A stretch of 64,000 nt of DNA, from positions 185,070,001 through 185,134,000 of the forward strand of contig NC_042998.1 in NCBI RefSeq assembly GCF_006345805.1, given 5' to 3'. This document shows positions 10,775 to 23,514 of this stretch, in pieces (the stretch's first letter is position 1; every line of letters begins with the position of its first letter). The position numbers and the translations under genes were made by a program. The stretch is from Octopus sinensis (Eukaryota). The notes under the pieces are model-generated. The model searched no databases. It saw nothing but the letters and a program-made list of their open reading frames with translations, and had not been told where the DNA came from.

Positions 10775-12745
10775 TGTATTGTGTGCAATGCCAAATAGGT
10801 CATTTTGTTCTTGGTAACTTTCAGTGTCGTCTCATGTAGCATGTATATCTCTCGCTCTGCATGATTACTGTTTTAACTGTGCTCATTGTGTGAGATCATG
10901 AATATGAGAGGCTGTGTGAATCATCCTGACAACTTTTGTTATGTCTGTGGGAAATTTGCTCCGCGTGAGTAGCGGAGGAACATTACCACCAAATTAAAAA
11001 TTGCCTATAGATATTATTTCGGGTGTAAAGTCGGAGACGAAGACAATACATATATGGTGCACCGCGCACCGTGTGATATTCAGGACTTGCACAATGGCTG
11101 AATGGAAAACTGAAGGGAATGCCTTTTGCTGTACCAATGGTATGGGGTGAATCAACCAATCATGTCTCTGATTGTTACTTTTGCACGACTGGTATTAGTG
11201 GTTTCTCAAAGAAAACCAAAGCAAAAACTATATATGAGGATTGTAAGTCGACTCTAAAACCGGTTCCACATGACTTCGAGAACCCTGTCCCAGTTCCCCT
11301 CTCACATGCTTCACTTGAAAATCTTGACACGTGGTACGATGAAACCCCTGGCTCTCCTATCGATGAAGAGTACGTAGGTGATTCAAGAAAAAATTAGCAA
11401 TGCTAGTTTAATCAAGAAGATTTGAACGATTTATTAAGACAAAGCATTGTCAAAGAAGAGGGCAGAAGTTTTGGGATCCAAACTACAACAACGGAATCTC
11501 CTCCAACAAGATACGAAAATTTCCATTTTTCGTCTCGCCATAAAGGCTTATCTGTCTTTTCCAAGCAAGAAAATAATACTTGTTTCTGTACTGGCGTTAA
11601 TAAACTCATGCAAAAACTAGGACACGTGCATGTGGCTAACAAATGGAGATTGTTTATAGGCTCGAGTAATGTTAACTTCAAAGCTGTGTTGCCACAGAAT
11701 GGTAATTAAAAACCTTCCATTCCTGTGGGTTATGTTGTCGGTATGAAAGAAACTTATGAATCGATTGAACTCTTTCTGAAAGGAGTTATTTACTCATTTC
11801 AGAAGTGTAATATTTGTGAAAGGTAATTTCCCTCCTCCTAGGACTGCAGTTGGGATATACCAAAGATATGTGATTCTTGTGTGTTTGGAACAGCTGCGAT
11901 GACAGCAATCATTACACTGTAAAAGACTGGCCTAAAAGAGATGAGCGTATAATTGGTCGGTACAATGTGCAGCATATACCACTGGTAGATCTGTAAAAGA
12001 TCTTCCTTCCACCCCTTCTCTTCAAACTCGGCCTCATGAAAATCTTCGTAAAAGCAATGGCACACGATGGTTGGGGCTTCCAGTACCTAAAAGTAAAATT
12101 TGGTGCAGAAAAAAGTGACGAAAAACTGAAAGCAGGCATTTTCATTGGACCCGAGATCAGATAATTGATATCTGATAGCAAATCAGATGTACACTGAATC
12201 CAGTTAAGCTGACAGCATGGGATTCATTTGTGTTAGTTGTACAGAACTTTCTTGGACATCATCGGGCTGAAAATTGTGTTGATTTAATAAACAACATGCT
12301 AACAGCGTATGAAAGAATGGGATACCGAATGTCCATTAAAAAGCACTTCTTGCATTCTCATTTCGATTTTTTCCAACGAATCTTGGTCCCCTTAGTTATG
12401 AGCATGGTGAGAGGTTCTACCAGGACATATCTGAGATGGAAACAAAGTAACAAAGCCGGTTCAACCCACACATGATGGGTAACTACTGCTGGTTCCTACA
12501 ACGGGAGACCAGCTCAATGCATGAGCGCAAGAGCAAATCTCTCAAACATTTCTGAGCTGAGCATATCAAAATTAAAGTGAGGAAAATCATCAGCCTAACG
12601 AAACTCCGTTTACTGTCCTCTTAAAAGAAGTACATATCAGAATGGAATAGCTTTAGACAATTCCAAATTCTTATAGATTACCTGTAAATTCTGAAAGGTT
12701 ATATCTAATATATTGGAAGTTACATAGGTTGTATTCAATTTTTGG
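10775..12745 (+). mobile_element. Decayed Chapaev3-like (CMC superfamily) DNA transposon
   Basis: Broken ORF 10898-12555: MRGCVNHPDNFCYVCG; MPFAVPMVW..STNHVSDCYFC; WRLFI.SS...KAV; PLLFKLGLMKIFVKAM; MSIKKHFLHSHFDFF; MMGNYCW. Boundaries approximate. Confidence 0.75.
10898..12555 (+). pseudogene. Chapaev3-like transposase pseudogene
   Basis: Conserved blocks are in order but interrupted by many stops and frameshifts. Track ORFs 11119, 11422 and 12230 are pieces of it. Confidence 0.75.
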
Positions 12746-12832
12746 ATAACGCACCACCTTGATTTTTATAGACAGGGGTCTATAATCGATCGAATTCAGT
12801 ATGATACCGGTACTTATTTCTTTCAAATATTG

Positions 12833-13036
12833 ACACAAGACCAGCAATTTAAGAGGGGGAGTAGTAAATCTATTACATCGACCCCAGTGTTCAACCGGTA
12901 TTTATTTTATTGACATCGAAGGAATGAAATGCAAAGTCGATCACGACGGAATTTGAACTCAGAACGTAATATATCGGGAGAAATAACGCTAAGCGGTTTG
13001 CCCAACGTGCTAACAGTTCTGCCAACTCGCCACCTT
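12833..13036 (-). mobile_element. SINE family A, diverged
   Basis: GGAATTTGAACTCAGAACG...TGCTAAC..TTCTGCCAACTCGCC. Confidence 0.8.
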
Positions 13037-13201
13037 TAGCATCATTTTTTTTATATTTCTTCATGGAATAAGAAAGAAAACTCCGAAACCAGTTAGAATT
13101 TGAACTCATAATTGTGTAGCACATTAATACAGTAATACATTTAAATCTGAGTCTTTGCTTGTTTATTTCATTGCTTTTCGATATATATGTATATATATAT
13201 A

Positions 13202-13255
<54 letters not shown>

Positions 13256-13482
13256 CTTTACTACCCACAAGGGCTAATCATAGAGGGGACAAACAAGGAC
13301 AGACAAGGGATTAAGTCGATTACATCGACCCCAGTGCGAAACCAGTACTTTATTTATTGACCCCGAAAGGATGAAAGGCAATGTCGGCCTCGGCGGAATT
13401 TGAACTCATAATTGTGTAGCACATTAATACAGTAATACATTTAAATCTGAGTCTTTACTGTTTGTTTATTTCCATTGCTTTC

Positions 13483-13530
<48 letters not shown>

Positions 13531-14043
13531 TATATATTAATAAAAGTATTATAACTCTTACTATGTATGTCTATAAATTACTTTATCAGTCTTTATTAGA
13601 AAAATATCAAAATTGATCTATCATATAGATTTACAATGTTTCATGGTTTACAAGGGAGAAAATTTGAAACTGATTGGTATTAGCGATGTTCACAAGGGAA
13701 ATACAATAACTACAAAATAACTAGAAGTGAGATTTGAAATCGTGTTATGATCTAATGTTTCTCTTTATTGTACGACGCTTAAAATTATTATGATCTATTT
13801 TTCCAATTTTGTTTTCATTCTCATTTTAGTTTATTGCTTCAAAATCTATAACGTGGAATTATGCTTTTTAAAAATGTAATATTTTGAATAAATTTTACCT
13901 ACACCACATTTTTCATGAAGCTCTCGGCCACTCTGTCGCTTCTGTAAAATATTAATGAAAATATAAAACTATACATATACTCATATTTTGGGTTCTATTT
14001 TCTTGTTTACATCACCATACCTGTGTGTGTGTGTGTGTGTGTG

Positions 14044-14075
<32 letters not shown>

Positions 14076-14094
14076 ATAAATATATATATTCTTA

Positions 14095-14303
14095 TACTTG
14101 TTTCAGTCACTTGACTGCGGCCACGCTGGAGCACCGCCTTAAAGAGTTTTGGTCAAAGAAATCGACTCCCGGGCTTATCCTTTGTAAGCTTAGTACTTAT
14201 TCTCTCAGTCTCTCATGTCGAACCGATAAGTTTCGAGGACATATACACATCAGGATCGGTCAAGCGATGGCGGGGGGACAAATACAGACACACATAAATA
14301 TAC

Positions 14304-14351
<48 letters not shown>

Positions 14352-14497
14352 GACGGGCTTCCTTCAGTTTTCGTCTACCAAATCCACTCACAAGGCGCGA
14401 AGCTGTAGCAATAGACATTTGCCCAAAGTGCCAACAGGACAAAACCCGGAACTATGTGGTTGGGAAGCAAGTTTCTTACCACATAGCCATGCCTGCA
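14095..14497 (-). mobile_element. tRNA-derived CORE-like SINE family B with internal microsatellite
   Basis: Tail TTTCAGTCA.TTGACTGCGGCCA.GCTGGAGCACCGCC; central TTTCAGTTT.CGTCTACCAAATCCACTCACAAGG; head at the right end. Confidence 0.85.
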
Positions 14498-14505
14498 CGC
14501 ATACA

Positions 14506-14547
<42 letters not shown>

Positions 14548-14559
14548 ACACACACACAC

Positions 14560-14605
<46 letters not shown>

Positions 14606-14612
<7 letters not shown>

Positions 14613-14879
14613 TGAAAAAACAAGTCAAAAATAGAAAATGCTAAGATAATTTTATAGTGAATCTTTCAGTACCGGTTTCGGTCATTTTGAGACCTTTTCA
14701 ACTGTAACGATTAAATAATTAAATTTAGAAAAATTAGAAGAAAAGTTTTTTTAAAAGAATATTTCTATAGTAGTGTTCAGATATAAGTAGTATTCTGCAA
14801 TGACCGAAACCGGTACTGAAAGATTCACTATAAAATTATCTTAGCATTTTCTATTTTTGACTTGTTTTTTCATATATAT
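14606..14879. mobile_element. Penelope-like pLTR remnant: ~80-bp inverted arms with 112-bp spacer, abutting an (AT)n tract
   Basis: 14606-14686 is the reverse complement of 14799-14879. A hammerhead motif spans the left arm/spacer junction. Confidence 0.7.
14664..14708 (-). ncRNA. Minimal type I hammerhead ribozyme motif, U3:A8 core variant
   Basis: Minus strand: GTTACAG TTGAAAA GGTC TCAAAAT GACC GAAA CCGG TA CTGAAA. Palindromic stem III ACCGGT; GUA triplet; predicted cut between 14670 and 14669. Confidence 0.65.
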
Positions 14880-14909
14880 CAACTCGTGTGTTCCTTTCCA
14901 CCCTTATAC

Positions 14910-14966
<57 letters not shown>

Positions 14967-15035
14967 CTCACGTTGTATTTGACGCATGGTGGCCAAAGAG
15001 TTTGACTTTTTCTCCTTTTCTTTTCCTTTTATCAG

Positions 15036-15174
15036 GATCAACTTGATAAAATGTGGAATAAGCAGTATGATCGTTTATGCAGAATGTAGAACTACATGCA
15101 TTTTCGACCTCGTGTTGATACCTGGCTTGAAGTTCTGCAGAGGCGATCATACTGACGATCTACAGATAAATTGT
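15036..15174 (+). other. Candidate 139-nt exon
   Basis: Long polypyrimidine tract plus CAG at 15033-15035, and a perfect GTAAGT donor at 15175. One frame is open; no recognisable product. Confidence 0.35.
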
Positions 15175-15382
15175 GTAAGTAAAATTACGTAATTTATTGA
15201 TAATGAAACAAATGTTTATGATTAATCTATATTTTTATTACTTTTCATTTGTCTTGCTCGCTTACGGTTCTGGTGAGCTAAATTTTTCTGGAGAGCAATT
15301 CTTAGAGGTTGAGACCATAGCGGATCTTCTTCTAGCATAAGGGTTTCCACATAGTGGTTTAAAAAATTCTTACTTATATTTA

Positions 15383-15421
<39 letters not shown>

Positions 15422-15424
15422 TGT

Positions 15425-15461
<37 letters not shown>

Positions 15462-15984
15462 TTGATTGGTACGCGATGAAAATCAAAGTTGACCATGGTA
15501 GGAATTGAATGCAAAGAGCCGTAACTAAATATTGCCAGGCATTTTATCCCTCATACTAACGGCTGTGTTCACTGTCATTAACGTCTCTAAGTCATTTAAG
15601 TTGATTCTTTACAGCTTTTGCCACCACGCTGTACTACGAGAAGAATATCAGAAGCATATTCACATTTTCATTTAAACTTTACCATTGCATTCTCTTCTAT
15701 ATTTTGTTGTTTTGTTTTGGCATATTAATTTTCATTGTACTCTTCTTTGTTTGTTGTTTTCTTTGCTTAATATTTCTACACTTTTCAGGTACCGACTTAC
15801 GCTTGTTTGACTGTGTATTATTTGTATCCTCCTTGATTCAAGATTGTATGGCCACCTTCTTGAAAACACTGGTGTCATGAGAGAGAGAGAGAGTTACCGA
15901 TATATATAGTATCACACACACACACACGGGTGAATAAACTTTACTTCGTATCTTACTATATAAAAATACCAGGAGATAATATTT

Positions 15985-16070
15985 TACTCACTAGTCGAAC
16001 AAGCCGATAAGTGAATCTTGAAGGCCGTTCTCAAGCGGTGGCGGGGCGACAAACATAAACACGCACACAA

Positions 16071-16144
<74 letters not shown>

Positions 16145-16221
16145 ATATACGACGGGCTTCTTTCAGTTTCCGTCTATCAAATCCGCTCAAAAGCTTTGGT
16201 CGCCCCGAGGCTATAGTAGAA

Positions 16222-16225
<4 letters not shown>
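15985..16225 (-). mobile_element. SINE family B internal fragment
   Basis: CGACGGGCTTCTTTCAGTTTCCGTCTATCAAATCC...GAGGCTATAGTAGAAGACA. Confidence 0.75.
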
Positions 16226-16267
<42 letters not shown>

Positions 16268-17121
16268 ATATTTAATTGATACCCGATGAAAATCAAATTT
16301 GACCTTGGTAGGATTTAAACGCAAAGAGCCGTAACTAAATATCGCCAGGCATTTTATCTCTCATTTTATCTCTGACGGCTGAGATAAACATTTATATCAG
16401 TAATTCTATTTCACGAGAATTATGATAAAATAAGGCATTTCTTGTTTGATTCTGTGGCCAATACACAGATATTGTTAATTCATATTCTCCAAACCTTCTC
16501 ACCAATACACTTTATCCAACCTATATTTTATCTGTAACCAGTAATTTCACCGAACTTTGACACCAGTGTCTGAAATAGTCCCTATATGCTTGTTATATGG
16601 ACATTCTATAGTTAGTAAGTTAGTTCCAGTTCCTCGGTGTTCTTCATCGCTAATTTCGTTAAACACTTTTATATCCCATGGATTAAATAGCGATTAATCT
16701 TCGAAAAAAATTATAACTATTACCGTTATTATTATTACAAATATCATCATCAGCATGACTGTAATCAGTCAGTATGCAATTACTTATAACGAACCAAAAT
16801 CAGATGCGGAAAGAAGAAAAAAAAACAAACCCTTAGAGACGGATTACTTTACTCAGCGTTGGAAAGATAAATTTCTCTTGAGTTGAGATATTTGTCACTT
16901 GAAACTATTCCGACAGAAGTTTTGCGTGATCTAATCACCAAAGCATGACTCTAGAAATATTTACATGTGTTTTAAATCAAACAGTGAACAAGTCGTTGCA
17001 TAAGTTGAGAAGACGAAAAACGAATAAAGAATTTAAAGAAAATATTTTACACTCATAAACACATTTTTTTACATACACACACATTTACCTAACGCACGCG
17101 CACCAACTCATATATATATAT

Positions 17122-17173
<52 letters not shown>

Positions 17174-17902
17174 ATATATGTGTGTATGTATGTATGTATG
17201 TATGTATTTGTACATGCATGTATACCTGTTTATGCATGTGTATATCTGTGTAGTCAAATACTAATATACACTTATGTATCTTTATTTTTATATACATATC
17301 TACAAGCACGTATACATACATACATACACACACACATATATATATATACTAGTGCGAACACGCTATCTTTAAGGTAGCACGTTTTGCTTTGATGTGAGTT
17401 CATTGTATCATATATTCCTATAGTGCATATACGTAAATATACGTATGCCATACATGTGCGAACAACGTTGGCAAGACATGCAACATGAAAGAAGCTCGAA
17501 TGTCAATAGTGGAAAGCGTTAAATTAAGCTATAAAATTAAATGAAATTATATTAACAGAACCTAAAGTAATCAAAGATTTTTACCTAAATACTGTCAATA
17601 AATTTTTGCACACGCACACACACATATACATTTTGAAGCATTTTTAATGCTAAACACAATATCATTGTAAATACCGTTATCCTATCTAAGTTTATGTGTA
17701 GTGAAAAATTGAGCCCGTCTCATTCACATCAACATTTTAATGCAAACCGAAAGTGTATTGTTTGTTTATATATAATATGCAGTTATATAATTAAATATTG
17801 TTACATACAAAATGAAAGTGAAGCGAAGCAGGGTCGATATGTAGGTATTTAGTAGCAATGTAACTTTACTATGTTAAAGCAATGAGCATACCTATACTTG
17901 TT

Positions 17903-18322
17903 TCCTCATAACTTGCAGAAAATAGATATTCTGTAAAATTTTCTACAAATACGGTAGAGATAGTTTGGATTCCGATTATATTTTCATCTGTTATGAAAAC
18001 ACTTTTCCAGGTAATGAAGAGAGGTGTCTCGGAAAATTCCCACGTGGCCCCTTTTTTTTCATAACTTTCGGTATTTTAAAACGACATTTTCTACAAATAC
18101 CTTTCAGAGTGTGTAAATTACGATTATATTGGAATTTGCTTTGAAGAGAAAATGGTGACCATGCGCACATACTGACATATATCACATATAGGTACAAAAT
18201 AAAACTTGAAATTTCAAAAACAGCGTTGTGCTGTGCGTTAGTGTGTGCCCGTACACCATCTGAAGCATATTTGTAGAAAATGTTATTAAAAAAATATGCA
18301 TTTTTTTGTACGTTATGAGGAA
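17903..18322. mobile_element. Old MITE-like element with imperfect ~50-bp inverted ends
   Basis: CCTCATAAC...ATTTTCTACAAATA at the left is mirrored by TATTTGTAGAAAAT...GTTATGAGG at the right, with an internal direct copy near 18058-18099. Confidence 0.4.
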
Positions 18323-18371
18323 TGAAAGTCGGCGGGGTACACATATGTAGGCATGCCAAGCAATGAAATAT

Positions 18372-19183
18372 TCTTTTCTACTCTAGGCACAAGGCCCGAA
18401 ATTTTAGGGAAGAGGTCCCAGTCGATTAGATCGACCCCAGTACACAACTGGTACTTAATTTATCGACCCCGAAAGTATGAAAGGTAAAGTCGACCTCAGA
18501 ACGTAAAGCATTTCGCCAGGTGTGCTAACGTTTCTTATTTCTTTATTGCCCACAAGGGGCTAAACATAGAGGTGACAAACAAAGACAGACAAAGGGATTA
18601 AGTCGATTATATCAACCCCAGTGCGTAACTGGTACCTATTTAATGGACCCCGAAAGGATGAAAGGCAAAGTTGACCTGGGCGGAATTTGAACTCAGAACC
18701 TAGCGGCAAACAAAATACCTATTTGTTTACTACCCACAAGGGGCAGACGATATACGCCTACGCATTTCGCCCGGCGTGCTAACGTGTCTTATTTCTTTAT
18801 TGCCCACAAAGGGGCTACACACAGAGGGAACATACAAAGCGATTAAGTCGATTACATCGAACCCAGTACGCAACTGGTACTTATTTAATCGACCCCCGGA
18901 AGGATGAAAGGCAAAGTCGACCTCGGCCGAATTTGAACTCAGAACCTAGCGGCAGACGAAATACCTATTTCTTTACTACCCACAAGGGGATACACACAGA
19001 GGACAAACGGATTAAGTCGATTATATTGATCCCAGTGCATAACTGGTACTTAATTTATCGACCCCGAAAGGATGAAAGGCAAAGTCGACCTCGGCGGAAT
19101 TTGAACTCAGAACGTAACGGCAGACGAAATACGGCTACGCATTTCGCCCGGCATGCTAACGTTTCTGCCAGCTCGCCGCCTTT
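18372..19183 (-). mobile_element. Tandem multimer of SINE family A (about 4 internal units)
   Basis: Repeated GATTAAGTCGATT...GACCCCGAAAGGATGAAAGGCAAAGTCGACCTCGG blocks joined at recurrent junctions; head at 19183. Confidence 0.85.
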
Positions 19184-19416
19184 AAGAACATATTTTTAAT
19201 ATTAAAACAACAAAGATGAATATATGAATAATATTTACTGAAAGAAAGACAATGAAACATAAGCTTTGATAGAAGCCGGACGACAGTTTACTTGTGTTTA
19301 CGCATGTGCATAAACTGTAGTTCGGTCATGATCACATCCCTCCGGTCGGAGTCAGTATATCATTGTGCATGCATTACTTGAAATCCATAATAAACATGTA
19401 TTTTTAAAATTATATC

Positions 19417-19465
<49 letters not shown>

Positions 19466-19473
<8 letters not shown>

Positions 19474-19764
19474 ATATTAGAAAAAAAACACCTTTTATCA
19501 ATTCAAAAAGAATAATTAAATTACACCATCTTGAAAATTACATATAATAGAAAAGTTAAAATTAAAATAACAATAAAAAGTAAAGATTAAGTAAATTACA
19601 AAAATAATATACATTTTTATAATTTTTGTAATTTACTTAATCTTTACTGTTTATTGTTATTTTAATTTTAACTTTTCTATTATATGTAATTTTCTAGATG
19701 GTGTAATCTAATTATTCTTTCTGAATTGATAAAAGGTGTTTTTTTCCTAATATCTTTATATATA
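19466..19764. repeat. AT-rich fold-back, ~140-bp arms and ~18-bp loop, abutting (AT)n
   Basis: 19466-19604 is the reverse complement of 19623-19764 with a few mismatches. Confidence 0.9.
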
Positions 19765-20045
19765 AAAGTGAAGTTGTGTGTCTGTCTCCTACGATTTAGA
19801 TTCCTAACTACTCCCACATTTTGCGGTGCAGTTTAACCAAAAGCGGGTATCTTATAGTCGTGATTCATATCGAGCCCTTCTGGGTATTAGCGCGCGTCTA
19901 CGATGAGTCTACGATTTAAAAATTTTTTTTCCATTTTTTCCATTTTTAATATATTTTTTGCTATTATATAAGGGAAGTAACTCTCTAAAATGCTTATATA
20001 GTTATTTCCCTTACAAACCCGAGCAACACCGGGTGATGCTGCTAG
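19753..20045 (+). mobile_element. Non-autonomous Helitron
   Basis: Starts TC(TTTATATATAAAAG); ends with hairpin CCCGAGCAACACCGGG then CTAG; inserted between A and T; no TSD. Confidence 0.8.
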
Positions 20046-20141
20046 TTTTTTTATAAATATATTATATTGTGTGGAATTTGATTTAGTATTTCTAAATTGA
20101 ATTCTTTTTCCTTGTAAGTCTGGATTTTATTCCCTCAAACA

Positions 20142-20180
<39 letters not shown>

Positions 20181-20184
<4 letters not shown>

Positions 20185-20545
20185 CGCAGGAGTGGCTGTG
20201 TGGTAAGTAGCTTGCTAACCAACCGCATGGTTCCAGGTTCAGTCCCACTGCGAATCTTCTTGGGTAAGTGTCTTCTGCTATAGCCCCGGGCCGACCAATG
20301 CCTTGTGAGTGGATTTGGTAGACCGAAACTGAAAGAAGCCTGTCGTATATATGTATATATATATATGTATGTGTGTGTGTGTTTGTATGTCTGTGTTTGT
20401 CCCCCTAGCATTGCTTGACAACCGATGCTGGTGTGTTTATGTCCCCGTCACTTAGGGTCGAGTTGCTCGACTAAAAGGCGGTGCTCCAGCATGGCCGCAG
20501 TCAAATGACTGAAACAAGTAAAAGAGTAAAAGAGTAAAAGAGTAA
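20181..20545 (+). mobile_element. SINE family B, near full length, (TAAAAGAG)3 tail
   Basis: Head GGCGCAGGAGTGGCTGTGTGG..GGTTCAGTCCC; CORE-like TTGGGTAAGTGTCTT; tail GGCGGTGCTCCAGCATGGCCGCAGTCAAATGACTGAAAC. Confidence 0.88.
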
Positions 20546-21918
20546 TATATATATATATATATATATAGGTTGAAAAGCAAAGTTAACTTTGTCTAAGTTT
20601 GAACTTAATACATAAAGAGCCGGACCAAATATCATGGAAGCATTTTGTCTCATGCTCTAAAGATTTTTGCAGTTCATCGCCCTTTAATTTCTAACATAAG
20701 CACAAGGTCAGAAATTTGTGGAAAGGGACAGTCGACTATATTGACTCCTTTTAGTTGGCTGATACTTTATTTTGTCGAGCAGTAAGGATGAAACGCGAAG
20801 CTGACCTCGGCAAGAGTTGAATATCAAGACCTTGAGCATGTACTATTTCTGGTTCTCCAACTATTCCACCATTCATTCGACTGTAACTAGTTTAAATGCG
20901 AATGACGTTATAGTTTAATGAATACCGAGAAATCGATGGCACAAAACTTGATCAATACAGGAATGTGTGACCAAAGGTAACTTAATGCGATTTTAAAGGA
21001 GAGTAATTTTCTCGCTCGTCTGGTTCAAACTATTTTACTTCATTTACATCACTTTTCCTTTGAGAGAGATATGGACGTCACACGATCTCATTCTCCTCTC
21101 TCTTGTAAATATCTGTCTCTGCTTGAATTTAATAATACAATATCGTTAATAATATTACAGAGGATTATTGTTCCAGAGGAGGGCGATAGAATAGTAGAAA
21201 TAGTAATGGCTTCTACTATTTAACTTGAGTCCTATACTTTCTGGTTTTAACATCCTCTGGGATCCATACAAATAAATGCCACTAATGTACCGAGTCGATT
21301 TGGTTGGTTTTATACTATGAAAATATCGAAGTCAGATGAAAACGATTTACAAATAACAGAATTCAATGGAAAATAAGATAACAATTAGAGAGTAGAGTGT
21401 ATAAAAATATTTAATAGCCATATTATGATATTTATTTCTAACATTGGTACTAGGCCATACATTTTGTGGTGGAGGATAAGGTTCATTAACACGACCCTAG
21501 TTTTTGACTGTTACTTATTTTATCGAATCCAGAAGGACAAAAGTTGACCGAGGAAAGATATGAACTAAGAAAATGTAGGGTCGTAACAAAATACTGTTTT
21601 GGGAGTACAAGCAGTGAACTCGTACAGCAACAATGATTCCACGGTGGCAGAGAAGAAGGCTTTTTAAGATCATCGGCTAGTGATTACTTGTAGAAAACGC
21701 TGAGGCCATGAAGCACCGAGATGCTTTCACGAGATGAATTTTTACTTTCTTTTCTGTAAGCGCAATGCTACTTTCTAAGTATAGAAACGACTTGAGATAT
21801 TTTAGAGAGCTTTATGTGAGGGCGCTAATTGAGCCGTTCTGATTATAACAAATAATTTCAGTCTTTCAGGCGTTTTCATTTATGCGCAATTTGGACGACA
21901 GTTTATTCACCGCACCCA

Positions 21919-21964
<46 letters not shown>

Positions 21965-22100
21965 GACGAGCTTCTATCAGTTTCCGTTTGCCAAATCTAT
22001 TCACAAGGCTTATATATATATAGAAGTAAATATACTTCTATGTATAATTTTCCCTCACGGGCTATTCTTTACTGGAAAGCAATACTCTCGTATTGCCTTA

Positions 22101-22168
<68 letters not shown>

Positions 22169-22169
22169 C

Positions 22170-22400
22170 TTTGTTATCTCCCCTACTTCTTAGCTCTTCT
22201 GTGTGGCCCTTCTATCCGGCATTCGCTATGATAGATCGCTAGCCACTACACACATTTTTTCTCTCCTTGTTTCTTTCTGTGTCCCTTTCTGTGGAAGAGC
22301 GTAGGCTCGAAACGATAAAGCCTTTTTCAATTCCCGAGCGTTATACTAATACATCTGTTTGTTTTGTACACCACCTGTCTTCGTCTTTTGTTGTTTTTTT
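22170..22400 (+). mobile_element. Penelope-like pLTR remnant with degenerate hammerhead (22284-22320)
   Basis: CCTTT CTGTGGA A GAGC GTAG GCTC GAAA CG AT AAAG. Stems I and II pair, but A6 and U16.1 are altered. Follows an (AT)n tract. Confidence 0.55.
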
Positions 22401-22592
22401 TTTGTGAACAGTGCACCTGTTCAGACAGCGTCGACTTGATGGAGAGAGTGAGCTAATGTGTGGCATGGACATTTGATCACTATAAACAAGTCATTTGTGC
22501 AGATCGTTCAGCAAATGCTGAACGCTCATACGTCGTCTTCCAGTCTTCCACGGGAGAGTCCATCATATATATATATATATATGTGTGTGTGT

Positions 22593-22634
<42 letters not shown>

Positions 22635-23514
22635 CGCGTATGTATGTATGTATGTATGTATGTATGTATGTATGTATCTATGTATAGGTTTGTCTGAGTG
22701 TATGCATATATATATATATAAGGAAATTTATATAATTGATATAAGTGCGCAGGCACATTTCTGCGTGTTTGTGGGTGTATGTCTGTGCATGTGTGTGTGT
22801 GTGTGTTTTATAAAAAAAGAACAACTATAAGTTTACTTTCATGCAAGAATGATGATTTGAACCACTTAATGTAGCACAAATATAAAACCTGATACTTCGC
22901 TAATATTACATACCAGACGTATATGATATCTTATTTATAACTTATTTTCTTTCTATAGTGTTTCTTTTTTGGAGACGGGGGTTGTCAATACTTATTGTAT
23001 TTGTTTTTCTTTACACTCTTTCTCTCGCTCTCTTCCTCTCTCTCTCTCTCTCTAGCTAAATTTTTCGTTGAATTAAATGAAAAGACCTTAAGATCCTTAT
23101 CAATTGTGTTGTAATAACTAAAGTCTGCAGGCAAATATTGATCTACAAACTTCACAAAAAAAACGCACAATAGTACATTTACGCACACATATGTATGTAT
23201 ACACATATGTATACACATACAGATACACATATTAAAGTATTTACACACATGAAATACACCTGGACACATCAACAGTGATGTTACATAGGGCTGCATGCTT
23301 CTCACCGCGATGCTTTGGTTCACAGATGCAATCATTCATTATTCTGAACTATCAGCTTTAGTACATTTACCTTCCTCTGTCCATCATCAACTCATTGACT
23401 TTCCAAACATTCTGAAACCCTTCTCAGTTTCAAACCCAGCATGTTCCCCTCCATCACCGCCCATCACCGTCTCTACTATTAATTCATGGTTTGACTATTT
23501 CCTATTATCTAATA

